Shown here one piece after another: positions 1 through 9,778 of a stretch of DNA of 47,115 nucleotides (position 1 is the stretch's first letter; every line of letters starts with the position of its first letter). The notes beneath the pieces were generated by a model. It saw only the letters and a list, made by a program, of their open reading frames with translations. It had not been told where the DNA came from and searched no databases. The position numbers and the translations under genes are program-made. Origin of the DNA: Candidatus Methanophagales archaeon (lineage in GTDB: Archaea > Halobacteriota > Syntropharchaeia > Alkanophagales > Methanospirareceae); NCBI GenBank assembly GCA_023131215.1, contig JAGLZV010000097.1:1-47115 (forward strand), written 5' to 3'.

Positions 1-56
1 ATCTCGACAATGGTCTGTACCGTAGGATCCACACTATTTTCATTATCTGGAATCAT
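1..56 (-). CDS. Possible 5' end of a gene running off the left edge (MIPDNENSVDPTVQTIVE...)
   Basis: ATG at 56 with a GGTGA Shine-Dalgarno-like motif just upstream; frame open to the window edge; only 18 codons visible. Confidence 0.3.
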   Translation of the reverse strand, partial: MIPDNENSVDPTVQTIVE

Positions 57-120
57 ACATTGGCTCACCAGGTAAAATAATCGCTTTTATGCTATATAAA
101 AAGTATCAATAGTTAGAATG

Positions 121-522
121 TCAATCTCTTATCCGAACACGCATGAACTGGTCTTTGATTTCTCGGTTCTCAATTTGACTCTCCTTAAGATTTCGCTTCA
201 AATAGTCCACTGCCGTTTCAGAAGACTCAACCGCGACTATCTTTTTTACCTTTTTAGCTAACGGTATGGTCAATGTTCCAGGTCCGGAACCTATTTCTAA
301 AACTTCAAAGTCCTTATCCAAGACATCGCTCAATGCCTCTGTCGCTTTCCTTCCATATTCGTAATTGTTGTATTTAGCCTGCTCGGAATAGTCTTCAGCG
401 AATTTAGCTCGAAATTCCCTCTCATATAGTATTTTCAAAGGTCTCATTCTCTGCTTTTGCATCACTTTCCACGCTTCTCTCCAGTTCATCTTTTTACCTG
501 ATGCATAAGGCGCATGTGTCAA
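121..522 (-). pseudogene. Class I SAM-dependent methyltransferase, apparently 3'-truncated
   Basis: Motif I VLEIGSGPGTLT and motif II IVAVESS are present, but the ORF ends ~30 aa later without the rest of the Rossmann fold. Confidence 0.6.
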
Positions 523-539
523 GTTTTAAATTCTCTTCT

Positions 540-809
540 TTAACTTCTAACATAAACTTTACCCCGGATAATTCTATTGGCTGGCTTTCCATGATACACC
601 GCTTCTCTGGCAAAAGTTTCATCACACTTTGGACATTTTAAATCGCCTCGTGTGTGATCTTCGGCTATCCTGTCTTTATAGCATTTTATCAGCGACCCGA
701 GACCTGCTTTTTGGTACTTGTAGAGTAAAGTTTGACATTTAGCGCAGTAAACCTTTATTATATGGGTTCTTCCTTTTTTCTTTGCGGGCATAACTTTGCT
801 CTTTTTCAA
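540..809 (-). CDS. Small basic zinc-ribbon hypothetical protein
   Basis: CAKC...C...CPKC cysteine pattern, 89 aa. Confidence 0.7.
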   Translation of the reverse strand: MKKSKVMPAKKKGRTHIIKVYCAKCQTLLYKYQKAGLGSLIKCYKDRIAEDHTRGDLKCPKCDETFAREAVYHGKPANRIIRGKVYVRS

Positions 810-1001
810 TGAGATTTTTTATTTCGTTCTTCAATGATAAGCCAAAAATCGCTATCTTTTTTACTCCATGTCTTACAAGAACCGAGACCACTTTTAAAAA
901 TATCTCTTTCTTTTCCATTTTCTATCCCCTTTAAAGATATTTCTTCGCTTCGGGAAAAAGTCCGTCTTCGTGGAATTTTTCTTTGACGTAAAGTTTGTAA
1001 G

Positions 1002-1385
1002 TCATTTTGATCTTCTTTCAAGGTAACTTTTTACCTCATAAACAAAATTTTTAGCTGTTTCCAGCATACTTTTAGCCTCCTCGTTGGTAACCGTAAAACC
1101 CACTCCATAGTCTCCAGTCTGTCTCGTATCGTAAGCATCATTGAGAGATTTACCCAAATCTTTTTTGAACACACCCGTTTTTACGAAGTGTCTGCCGAAT
1201 AAACTTATCACCCCTTTGTGTGATGATGCTTTTAGCCCCTTAGTGAGAAGCACCGCCTCAGCCATGAAGAACATGGCATAATAACATCTTGAAACACAGG
1301 AATCGTAATCGCCGTCATTTAAAGCAAGCTCAGCAGTTCTTAGAAACCTTTTCGCCTTCTTTATAAGGTCTTCTATCTCTTTCAT
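1002..1385 (-). CDS. HEPN domain protein (MNT-HEPN module)
   Basis: SRCYYAMF, SHKGVISLFG and RQTGDY motifs; 4-nt overlap with the upstream nucleotidyltransferase. Confidence 0.9.
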   Translation of the reverse strand: MKEIEDLIKKAKRFLRTAELALNDGDYDSCVSRCYYAMFFMAEAVLLTKGLKASSHKGVISLFGRHFVKTGVFKKDLGKSLNDAYDTRQTGDYGVGFTVTNEEAKSMLETAKNFVYEVKSYLERRSK

Positions 1386-1702
1386 ACTGCTACTCCCTCT
1401 TCTTTCACATTCAGTAAAAATGGCGAGTTATAGTTTTTAAAGAAACTTTCGGGTATCGCTATAACAGAAATTAATTCCCCATTTTCAAGAAGAATGTCAA
1501 ACAAGATGTCGCTTAAACTTTTTCTCACTGCAAAGGGATTGAGAGAATCATCAACCACTATCAATACGTCAATATCCGATTCTTCAGTTGCTTCACCTCT
1601 CGCATAAGAACCATACACCATAACCTGCTTGATTTTCTCTCCATAAGTCTTGATTAAGTACTCTTTAACCTCCTCTACAAAATGTTTTATTTTTTCATTC
1701 AT
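1382..1702 (-). CDS. Minimal nucleotidyltransferase (MNT antitoxin)
   Basis: YGSYARG...SDIDVL motif; start taken at MNEKIK (ORF track extends to 1765). Confidence 0.9.
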   Translation of the reverse strand: MNEKIKHFVEEVKEYLIKTYGEKIKQVMVYGSYARGEATEESDIDVLIVVDDSLNPFAVRKSLSDILFDILLENGELISVIAIPESFFKNYNSPFLLNVKEEGVAV

Positions 1703-1765
1703 TTCCTCTGCTCCATGAGTTCTCTTATACTCTATCACTCCCCCCAATATTCTACTTTTAGCCAT

Positions 1766-2758
1766 TTATTCTTCTTCAAGAACTAATCCCCATATCCTTT
1801 TTAGAGGTAACTCTGCTTTTAATTCATCGTCAAATCGTTCGTAATATTTAAAAATCGCCTCGAGCAAATCCCCCGCATCCCATAACCGAGTAGAGAAAAA
1901 TGCATCCCTTGCTTCTTTAATAGCCTCTTTTGTAAATCCACCCCAAGAAACCAACAATCCTTGTCCCGCTCTGACTTTTGCCATTACACCCCGTAGTTCT
2001 CTCAAAATCTTAACATCTGCTTGAGATGACGATGATTTTACTTGTACACAAATTTGAGGGCTGTCAAAACCTAACGGACCCGCAGCAGCAAGTATATCAA
2101 CACCTCCATCTGGACCCGGTTCAGACACCTTTGTAACATAACCTTGCGCATGGAGAATCGCTTCTACTAATCGTGCTAAATTATGACCTTTGAACTTTCG
2201 TCCTATATGCTTTACAATCTGGTCTTTCGCATATTCTTCAACATCAATAGCCTCTTCACCGGGTCCCTCAACAACCTCTGGCGGAACCTTTTTTCGTAGG
2301 AGTTCTTTAACACGATTCTCCGCATCATTTCGGCTTATTTGACAAACAGTCATAAATGCACCAAGTGAATAAAGAATATCCTGGTCAAATGCAGACCTGG
2401 GAATTGTTTTCAACCATTTTACGCGTCTAATATGCTTGATATTGTTAACAAGTTCGTTGTATTCATATTCCCTACTTACTTCACCTATTGCTATGGCTGA
2501 TTGTTTTTTCAGCGGAAGTGCTACGAGGTCACCTTTTTGTATTTCATGAATGAATCTCCATATTTGTCCAATTTCATTAACCGCTTGCATTTTCTTCGCT
2601 GTTGGATAAACTTTGGCATAAAGCTCTGCAAGTTCTTCTTTGGTTTTTAATTCGGTGAGGTCAGGTAAATCATTCCAACCGATTGTTACTACTTCGTTCT
2701 CCAAAGCTCCTTGCTCCTGTTCTCCATGTCTTCCTGCTCTTACTAACCAAAGACTCAT
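1766..2758 (-). CDS. mrr: Mrr-family (type IV-like) restriction endonuclease
   Basis: C-terminal Mrr_cat motif GPDGGVDILA...VQVKS; N-terminal WLVRAG...IGW domain typical of this family. Confidence 0.85.
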   Translation of the reverse strand: MSLWLVRAGRHGEQEQGALENEVVTIGWNDLPDLTELKTKEELAELYAKVYPTAKKMQAVNEIGQIWRFIHEIQKGDLVALPLKKQSAIAIGEVSREYEYNELVNNIKHIRRVKWLKTIPRSAFDQDILYSLGAFMTVCQISRNDAENRVKELLRKKVPPEVVEGPGEEAIDVEEYAKDQIVKHIGRKFKGHNLARLVEAILHAQGYVTKVSEPGPDGGVDILAAAGPLGFDSPQICVQVKSSSSQADVKILRELRGVMAKVRAGQGLLVSWGGFTKEAIKEARDAFFSTRLWDAGDLLEAIFKYYERFDDELKAELPLKRIWGLVLEEE

Positions 2759-2906
2759 TTTATATTATCAAAATTCATATTGCTTCTCTGTCCATATAAA
2801 AGGTTTCGTTTAAAATAGCACATGCAATTTATTCTAACTCCTGCTATGCAGAACATTGAGCAAAAACATATAAAGAATACTCCTATATATAATTGAAAGA
2901 GGTCCC

Positions 2907-4232
2907 ATGGAAGAAAATAGAATACCAAAGATATTGGTCATAAGTGAAGGAAATTTCCCAAAAGAAGTAGTAAGTAAAACTTGGGAAGATGTAGGAAAGG
3001 GCAATATACCAAATATAGCCGAATTTAATATCGTCATTCTAAATTTCGTAAGAATAACCCCTAAAAAAGCAGAATATATTATAGACGCTACTGAGCTTGG
3101 CCTAAAAAGTATTCATAATCTTTTATGGAGTAAAAGTGAACTAATCTTGATTACGGATGGAGAGGCGTGGATACCTTTTGATCCTGAAGGGTGGTATGTT
3201 TTCTCGATCTTGCCGGTTTCAATTCCTTTTGTAAAAGAAAGAGGAGAGACTATTATAATAGAGGATGAAAGATATAGAGATTATTATGAGACTCATGTCG
3301 ATCATTGGAATTTTTATCTGAAAGATGAATGTGAATTCCAGAGAGATATAGCAAAAAAATTACTTTCTGGGAGGGAGTATAAAAAGTATGAAAATAATCT
3401 TTCTATGTGCCAGCTTTCTAAAGTTATAGCTTATAATGGCTTTGATAAACCCATTTCATTTTCTATTGAATATGGATATAATAGAAATTCCGATTCCAAA
3501 ATAATGGGCATTTCAGGACCTTTAACTATTCTCCAAGCCCCTGATAAGACAGAATCAGTGGAATCCGCTATCAAAACCTTGCTTTCCAATTATGGAATTC
3601 ATATTAAAAGTAAAGCACCAACATGGACGAACGATTTTAAAATTCCTGGCGAAGAAGTAGTTGGAAGAGAAATAAAGCAGTTAGAAGAAGATAAGATTGA
3701 AACGGAAGAAAAAATAACGTCTAAAGAAGCAGAGAAAGAAGAAATAACGCGTTACAAAGAACTTCTTTTTGAAGATGGAGACGAATTAAGGGATATTGTA
3801 TGGGATACATTAGAGCTAATAGGCTTTAAGGTAAATAGACATGACGAATATAAGGAAGATGGCTCGATTCAAGAAGGAAAAGAAGTCGCAGTACTTGAAA
3901 TAAAAGGAAGAGAGAAAAGTTTAACGACAGGGGATGTTAGACAACTTGATGATTGGATAACAGACTATACCTTAAGAGAGGGTAAAGAGCCGATAGGAAT
4001 ACTTATAGGTAATCACTACCGTCTTAAAAAACCAGAAAGCCGTGACGAACCCTTCCCTCCTGATGTTTTAAGGTACGTAAAGGCAAACAGCAGGAAATTA
4101 TCTCTGATTACTACTTTTCAACTTTTTGAAATATTTTGTATGATTAAGAATGGAGAGTTAGACGCTGATATAGTCAGAAAAGAAATCATGAGGAATGAAG
4201 GTGTTTTCGATCTAAAATCTATTTTGAAATGA
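2907..4232 (+). CDS. Hypothetical protein with coiled coil and C-terminal PD-(D/E)xK restriction-endonuclease-like domain
   Basis: Coiled coil at about aa 255-290, then LELIGF...EDG...VLEIKG...DVRQL. Confidence 0.65.
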   Translation: MEENRIPKILVISEGNFPKEVVSKTWEDVGKGNIPNIAEFNIVILNFVRITPKKAEYIIDATELGLKSIHNLLWSKSELILITDGEAWIPFDPEGWYVFSILPVSIPFVKERGETIIIEDERYRDYYETHVDHWNFYLKDECEFQRDIAKKLLSGREYKKYENNLSMCQLSKVIAYNGFDKPISFSIEYGYNRNSDSKIMGISGPLTILQAPDKTESVESAIKTLLSNYGIHIKSKAPTWTNDFKIPGEEVVGREIKQLEEDKIETEEKITSKEAEKEEITRYKELLFEDGDELRDIVWDTLELIGFKVNRHDEYKEDGSIQEGKEVAVLEIKGREKSLTTGDVRQLDDWITDYTLREGKEPIGILIGNHYRLKKPESRDEPFPPDVLRYVKANSRKLSLITTFQLFEIFCMIKNGELDADIVRKEIMRNEGVFDLKSILK

Positions 4233-4465
4233 ACACCCCTTTCCCCGTCTACAATTGTTAAATCCCCCCTTTTCTTTTCCCATTTTATGTCTCTTCTTTC
4301 GTATCCCAAAACCGACCTTAAAAATAATTCATCAAACGTTCTTCTGACCTCAAGTTCTGATGAACCCTTTTCTATTTCCTTGATTATGTTTTTGAACGCT
4401 TTCAATACTTTTTCGGTAAAGTTGGTTTCACTCATCATTACATAAACTCCCTGCCATCTTTCCAT
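4233..4465 (-). pseudogene. N-terminal fragment of a restriction-modification endonuclease (HsdR_N/type IIG-like)
   Basis: SELEVRRTFDELFLRSVLGYERRDIKWEKKRGDLTIVD resembles E...LGY...E...D nuclease N-termini; it breaks off at the 3' end of the convergent gene. Confidence 0.45.
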
Positions 4466-4474
4466 GATGAAATA

Positions 4475-4972
4475 CTATTCATTCCTTAAAAGTTTTAAAA
4501 GAAAAAAGTGTTTTGGTAAAAACATCCCTACTCTTCTTCTATAATCCAAGTATTTTTCTCCATGCAATTCAAACATCTGTTTCTCCTCTATTCTACAATC
4601 CAAATACCATACCGGGATAAAAATAATCATAATTGCAAACCATATCCATGAGAAGAACAGAAATCCTGCTCCGAACAAGGCTATGTAAATGGCAGCATAC
4701 ATTGGATGCCTGACATATTTATAAGGTCCGCTTGTAACCAAATCTTTGGTAAAGAGAGCACGTCTGACGTGATGCCCTGTCCATATCCAAAACGAAATTC
4801 CTCCTGCCATCAAAAGAACACCAAAACAGATCAACACAATGTTATCCGTAAATATTTGTTGCCGATTAGTATTAGTAAAGTGCAGTCCCAAATACAAACA
4901 AAAACCGTGAACAACCCAAAGTGCTCTTGGTAATACTTCTGCGAACACCATAACTTTTTTCGACATTTTCAT
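4475..4972 (-). CDS. Isoprenylcysteine carboxylmethyltransferase/PEMT family membrane protein
   Basis: LVTSGPYKYVRHPMY, EE...YLDYRRRV, several TM helices. Confidence 0.9.
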   Translation of the reverse strand: MKMSKKVMVFAEVLPRALWVVHGFCLYLGLHFTNTNRQQIFTDNIVLICFGVLLMAGGISFWIWTGHHVRRALFTKDLVTSGPYKYVRHPMYAAIYIALFGAGFLFFSWIWFAIMIIFIPVWYLDCRIEEKQMFELHGEKYLDYRRRVGMFLPKHFFLLKLLRNE

Positions 4973-4975
4973 TTA

Positions 4976-5254
4976 TTATTCATTCTTGATGCAGTCCATT
5001 CCCTTTTCTGTCAACATATACATCTTCACCCACTCCCCTCCACCTCCAGGCACTGGCACACTGCACATTTCACCCATTGGACATCCCACGCATCCCTGAC
5101 CTTCTCTCGAACTGATTTCTCGGAGATAACCAGCACGAACCATGAACTCTATTCTCGCCATTAGCACGGATTTTCTCATACCGAACTCGTTAGCAAGCTC
5201 ATCTAACGTGCCACCTTTCTCTATTCTGCGTAGAATTTCCTCTGTTGTGGTCAT
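4976..5254 (-). CDS. FeoC-like winged-helix protein with Cys cluster
   Basis: HTH TLDELANEFGMRKSVLMARIEFMVRAGYL followed by CVGCPMGEMC; lies at the end of the feo cluster; start refined to MTTTEE. Confidence 0.75.
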   Translation of the reverse strand: MTTTEEILRRIEKGGTLDELANEFGMRKSVLMARIEFMVRAGYLREISSREGQGCVGCPMGEMCSVPVPGGGGEWVKMYMLTEKGMDCIKNE

Positions 5255-5294
5255 GTTATTCCTTTGCATTGCTAACCCGAGATATTTTTTTGAT

Positions 5295-5345
5295 AAAAAA
5301 TAAAAAAGGAAAAAAAGAGGAGGTGTTTTAGATTTCCCCTCCCTC
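5295..5345 (-). terminator. Putative hairpin plus T-tract terminator after the FmdE-like gene
   Basis: Minus strand GAGGGAGGGG...CACCTCCTC followed by long T runs. Confidence 0.4.
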
Positions 5346-5356
5346 AATTGCACATT

Positions 5357-6193
5357 TCAACGTGCTTTTTTCCTGCTGTACACCAGACCCAGCAGCAAAA
5401 TCAGCCCTATTACCAGTATCGAAAAGAATGTCGCTCCTCCCACAACGTCAGGCTCTTCTTCCTCGGGTTCTTCTACCCCCTCAAAAAGCTCCCAGTTCGG
5501 CGAGGTCAAAAATTTATCCCTCGTGTCTTCCCACCCTGACTTGAATAGCGCCTTTTCTTCACTCGTTGCATTCTCCGGGATACCAAACTTCATCTTCTTC
5601 CGGAGTTCAAAGAAGTTTTCTGGGTATACACCTTCCTTCACCACGACCTTGAAACACTCTCCAGTTGAGTTTTGACAGACATCGAACCTGAAATTATCCA
5701 GAGTATTGCCCTTTGATACCTTTTTCAAGTTCTTCTTGCTCATGTTTGTTATCTTAGTCCCGTCAGGCAGAATTATTTTATATTCGCCTTTCGTTTTCGT
5801 TTCTATCTTTGGTCCTGTTCCTGTCACGTATTGAAAGCAATGCATGGAGCCAAGAGTGGGAAGTCTGCTGATTATCCTGATGTCATCCCTTGCTGGTATC
5901 TCCTCGCCCCATATTTCCAATATTCCTAACTGAGATGCTCTGAATGCGCAAGCTCCACATACACATATAGCTCCGTGATATTCCCCTATATCGTCTATTG
6001 TTATCTCTATTTCTGTTCCATCATCTATTATCACAACAGGCTCCAATTCGAACTCTGGTGGCGCTCTGGCACCAGGCATGTGTGCATCAACGGAAATAAC
6101 CGCCGTAGATAACGCCAGCAAAACCAACGCTACAATTGCCACTGCTTTTAAGGGCAATTTTGCACTTTCCATTTTGCACTTTTCTTTTTTCAT
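5357..6193 (-). CDS. Exported, membrane-anchored FmdE-like metal-binding protein
   Basis: Signal peptide ending VDA-H; YHGAICVCGACAFRA resembles the FmdE HGxxC motif; C-terminal TM helix with basic tail. Confidence 0.7.
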   Translation of the reverse strand: MKKEKCKMESAKLPLKAVAIVALVLLALSTAVISVDAHMPGARAPPEFELEPVVIIDDGTEIEITIDDIGEYHGAICVCGACAFRASQLGILEIWGEEIPARDDIRIISRLPTLGSMHCFQYVTGTGPKIETKTKGEYKIILPDGTKITNMSKKNLKKVSKGNTLDNFRFDVCQNSTGECFKVVVKEGVYPENFFELRKKMKFGIPENATSEEKALFKSGWEDTRDKFLTSPNWELFEGVEEPEEEEPDVVGGATFFSILVIGLILLLGLVYSRKKAR

Positions 6194-6642
6194 TCCGTTT
6201 CTCTCTCCTTCAAGATATAATACACGATCACCAGCGAGAACGGCAGTAAAAACATTTCAGGGCAATACGGAGGTGCGTAACTTGCTAAAAATCCTTCTAA
6301 GCTGTTAAACCACGTCTCTTCTCCAGGGATAGAACCAGCTATCCTCGCCCATATTGCCATTCCCGCAACGATCCATATCATTATGCTCGCCATCACTGCC
6401 TTCGCCAATTGATGTATTTCTGCGAAATTCTTCACGCTGCTCAGGTAAAAAAAGCCCGCAGAGAGAAGAATTATCGCTTTCCACGGCAGGAACATGGGAT
6501 CTGAAGCCCCCGAGGAATCTAAAATCCCCCATGTAAATCCTTCACCCGCACTTGCAATCAGTTCCGCAGCTCCGAACGCCAATGCTACTGCACCTAAAAC
6601 TGCGAAATATATCGCTCCAAATTTCTCTTCCGTTTCGTTCAT
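6190..6642 (-). CDS. Hypothetical membrane protein (about 4 TM) in the feo operon
   Basis: Hydrophobic helices; abuts feoB-C and overlaps the next gene by 4 nt. Confidence 0.75.
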   Translation of the reverse strand: MNETEEKFGAIYFAVLGAVALAFGAAELIASAGEGFTWGILDSSGASDPMFLPWKAIILLSAGFFYLSSVKNFAEIHQLAKAVMASIMIWIVAGMAIWARIAGSIPGEETWFNSLEGFLASYAPPYCPEMFLLPFSLVIVYYILKERETE

Positions 6643-7920
6643 TTATGCCACCCCCAGCATTATTCCTACTAAATGTATCAAGCCACCGTAAACAAAGACC
6701 ATCGCTATAAGCGAAGCGAGGCTGCCAAGAATTTCTTTCCAGTTCTCTTCCTTCAGCATCAGTGCGAATGTCGCCAAGCACGGGAAATAGATGCAAAGCA
6801 AAATCACGGATGTGAACACCTGAAAAGTAGTCATTATCCCTTGTTCCATAAGACCGCCAAGCATTCCCACCGCCAAATCCTTCCTCAGAAAACCTGCTAT
6901 TAACGGCGCTACTGTTTCTGCTGGCACTCCAAACCACCCCATTAGCAACGGACCCAATACAGCCGCCAGCCAATCCATTGCTCCCGTCAGGTACATAAGA
7001 CCAACAATTAGACACCCTAATAGAACGAAAGGAACCGCAACGAGGAGAAAACGCGAAGTCCTTATCCACAGCTTCCTACCGATATTTCTCAATGTTGGCA
7101 TTTGATATGGTGGCACATCCATTATGATCTCAGGCGACTTCCCCGGCACGATTTTGTTAAGGATGAAACCAAAGCCCAAATATCCTATGGCTAAAGTCAG
7201 AAAAATCCAGCCCATCATCTCCGGAACTAAGTCTTGCATAATTCCTATTTGCGCACCACATGGAACGAATATCGCTAACAAAGTCATCATCATGAATCTT
7301 TGTTTCCTTGTTTCCAGTGGTCTCGTAGCCGTTACGCCCGGAACATTGCAGCCTAAGGAAAGGAAAGTGGGCACAATCGCATAGCCGTGCAAACCTATTT
7401 TATGCAGCACTGTATCAACGAGAACAGCCAGTCTTGGCAAATAGCCTACATCTTCTAATATTGCAAACATCAGATAAAACGCCAGCACTGCCCACAGGAC
7501 TACGCCAAAAACAACGAACAGCCCGCTGGTAAGCACACCAAAAGCCTCAAAGCAATTGTCCGAGGCTACACGCACCCCCTCTTCTAAATGCCCCGCATCT
7601 ACCATGAGTGCATAGAATTTGTTTCCTAACCCGCCCGGAAAAACTGACTGCAGCCACGGCAGCCAGTGCTCATCGAAAAGCCTGACCATGAAGCCATCAG
7701 TAAACAAGGTGCCTGCAAAATCCACAAAAAAAGACCAAAAACCGTATATCACCGCAATTGCAACCGGTATTCCCGTCAGCGGTTTAACGGTGAGTTCCGC
7801 AATTGCGTCTTTCAATGTATGTTTACGCGCACCAAACTCTACCGTTTGTTTCGATATCCGCTCTATTAAATCCCATCTCTCATCAACTGACAGCGGCACT
7901 TTTACCACCTTCTCCTTCAC
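6643..7920 (-). CDS. feoB: Ferrous iron transporter FeoB, membrane (gate) domain
   Basis: LEDVGYLPRLA, LGCNVPG, FVPCGAQ, IYFPCLAT motifs; the true start may be the GTG at 7899. Confidence 0.9.
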   Translation of the reverse strand: MKEKVVKVPLSVDERWDLIERISKQTVEFGARKHTLKDAIAELTVKPLTGIPVAIAVIYGFWSFFVDFAGTLFTDGFMVRLFDEHWLPWLQSVFPGGLGNKFYALMVDAGHLEEGVRVASDNCFEAFGVLTSGLFVVFGVVLWAVLAFYLMFAILEDVGYLPRLAVLVDTVLHKIGLHGYAIVPTFLSLGCNVPGVTATRPLETRKQRFMMMTLLAIFVPCGAQIGIMQDLVPEMMGWIFLTLAIGYLGFGFILNKIVPGKSPEIIMDVPPYQMPTLRNIGRKLWIRTSRFLLVAVPFVLLGCLIVGLMYLTGAMDWLAAVLGPLLMGWFGVPAETVAPLIAGFLRKDLAVGMLGGLMEQGIMTTFQVFTSVILLCIYFPCLATFALMLKEENWKEILGSLASLIAMVFVYGGLIHLVGIMLGVA

Positions 7921-8461
7921 CTGCGCTCGCAGCTACACTTACACCACCCGCAGTTTCGATAATTTTTTCTATTTTCACGGGTGCCGCTTCCGTTATCTTT
8001 GAAACGAGCTCTTTGAATCCCTCTCCACTTATCGCCGTCGTTGGCACTACTGGAACACCAAGAATTTGCTCCAATTTCTCCACTTCTATCTTTATATTCT
8101 TGTCCTCTGCAACGTCCCACATATTCAATGCTACTACAACCGGATAACCTCTTTCAATGATTTCCAAAGCTAAGTAGAGACCACGCTCTATTTTTGAAGC
8201 ATCAAGCACGCATACAACCACCGAATCTCGGTTCTCCGCAAGCATTTTCACCGCTACTTCTTCTGCTCGGTCCTTCGGCTCTAATGAAAATGCCCCTGGC
8301 ACGTCTATTAGTTCGACATCTTCTCCCTCCAAACGCATCCAGCCTTTCATGAAATCCACCGTCGTTCCCGGATAATTTGACTCAAACACTTTTGCTCCAG
8401 TCAGCCGATTGAAGAAAACGCTTTTTCCCACATTCGGATGCCCCATCAATAAAATCTTCAT
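7883..8461 (-). CDS. feoB: FeoB N-terminal GTPase domain encoded as a separate ORF
   Basis: GHPNVGKS, NYPGTTV, DVPG, NMWD G-motifs. Confidence 0.9.
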   Translation of the reverse strand: MKILLMGHPNVGKSVFFNRLTGAKVFESNYPGTTVDFMKGWMRLEGEDVELIDVPGAFSLEPKDRAEEVAVKMLAENRDSVVVCVLDASKIERGLYLALEIIERGYPVVVALNMWDVAEDKNIKIEVEKLEQILGVPVVPTTAISGEGFKELVSKITEAAPVKIEKIIETAGGVSVAASAGEGEGGKSAAVS

Positions 8462-8490
8462 TTCTCTTCTTCTACCTCCTTTTTCTATCC

Positions 8491-8715
8491 TTATCCCACC
8501 TCTACAACTATTTTTTCCGCTATACCCAACCCTAAAGACGTAAACGACTTGTCAACTTCTACCACCACAGGTCCTTTTATGGGCTGCTTTGTCGCCATTC
8601 TTATATTCTTACCTTCTCTGATGCCCATACCAGCTACTTGCTTCCTTAAATTCTCCTCTATCTCTTTCACCGTTCCTTCTTCATCAAAATCCATTTCGCT
8701 CAACTTCTTCTCCAT
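8491..8715 (-). CDS. feoA: FeoA family protein
   Basis: MGIREG...GPVVVEV...LGLGIAEKIVV. Confidence 0.9.
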   Translation of the reverse strand: MEKKLSEMDFDEEGTVKEIEENLRKQVAGMGIREGKNIRMATKQPIKGPVVVEVDKSFTSLGLGIAEKIVVEVG

Positions 8716-8725
8716 TCTATTCCTT

Positions 8726-9031
8726 TCACATCCTCCTCACGATAACTTTTTGCGCCATCCCACGACCTATGGACACCGTGTTTCTATCTACCTCTACGGT
8801 AACAGGTCCATAACAGGAAATCACACGAACAACACTGCCTTCAAATAAACCCCGAAGAAACAACTTCTGGCGAATGCCACGACCTCCTTCCACTGCCATG
8901 ACTCTTCCCTGTTCTCCGGGTTTCAACTGGCTTAATGGCATTGTATCACCGTAATTATTATTTAGAAAAACCCGCTTCTCTTCCACCATTGCCATCTCCT
9001 CGCTCACACGTTCCTCCTCCATTTTTATCAC
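8726..9031 (-). CDS. feoA: FeoA family protein
   Basis: LSQLKPGEQGRV...GPVTVEV...IGRGMAQKVIV. Confidence 0.9.
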   Translation of the reverse strand: MIKMEEERVSEEMAMVEEKRVFLNNNYGDTMPLSQLKPGEQGRVMAVEGGRGIRQKLFLRGLFEGSVVRVISCYGPVTVEVDRNTVSIGRGMAQKVIVRRM

Positions 9032-9043
9032 CTCAATTGCACC

Positions 9044-9751
9044 TCATTCCACCCAGACCTTTTCTGCGAGCCCGTGCCCGATAGTCACCAACTGTTCACC
9101 TATTCTCGCAAGCACATAGGTTCCCCTCTTTGGAACGGGTGCAGGCATCTCCTTCCTGACCAATGTTATCTCTTTACCTTCCACCACGCCCATTTGTTCA
9201 AATTTTTCCTTAAGAGAGGTTCCACCGATTATCTTGCTTATCTTTGCCTTCTCGCCTTCCTCAAGATAATTAATCTGGATGTTTTTCCCTTCCCGTTCTA
9301 CCAGCGCCTTCGATGCTTGACCTTCGCCCATACTTATCTCGCGGTCGTCTATTTTGAACACTAAGGTCTCGTCTGGGAGATGACGTAAGAACTCTATTTC
9401 CTTTTCTTTTTCTATGTCAAGTTCAGAGAAATTACCTTCAAAGACTTTTCCTCCTTCAATGGTTTTTACCGTTCCCTTCTCTCCTGTCTCAAGTCTTAGA
9501 AGTGGAAGCGTTTCGCCTTCTTTATCCACATACACCTTATCTGCCCATCCGCGAGCTATGACTGCTTCTCTTCCTGCTGCTTTTAAAGCGATGGGTCCCG
9601 CATGAACATGCACGGGTTCAGTGGCTACCACCGTAAGCTCAGTTCCTTCTGAAATGCCCAATTCCTCCAGATAGCCCTTAACTTCTGAGCCACCGTCTAT
9701 TTTTTTTACTGCTACTCCTACCTCCGGCTCGACTTCGGTCAATAGTTTCAT
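9044..9751 (-). CDS. feoA: Triple FeoA-domain protein
   Basis: Three FeoA repeats ending IARGWADKVYV, MGEGQASKALV and IGHGLAEKVWV. Confidence 0.85.
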   Translation of the reverse strand: MKLLTEVEPEVGVAVKKIDGGSEVKGYLEELGISEGTELTVVATEPVHVHAGPIALKAAGREAVIARGWADKVYVDKEGETLPLLRLETGEKGTVKTIEGGKVFEGNFSELDIEKEKEIEFLRHLPDETLVFKIDDREISMGEGQASKALVEREGKNIQINYLEEGEKAKISKIIGGTSLKEKFEQMGVVEGKEITLVRKEMPAPVPKRGTYVLARIGEQLVTIGHGLAEKVWVE

Positions 9752-9778
9752 TTTTTATTCCTCATCTCTATTATAAAG

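Noticed and set aside
806..1021. 71-aa minus-strand ORF between the HEPN and zinc-ribbon genes
   Set aside because: No recognisable motif and it overlaps both neighbours; could be a gene relic but cannot be supported
4118..4232. C-terminal part of the 115-aa ORF 4118..4465
   Set aside because: It is antisense read-through into the 2907..4232 gene; only the N-terminal part looks like real coding sequence
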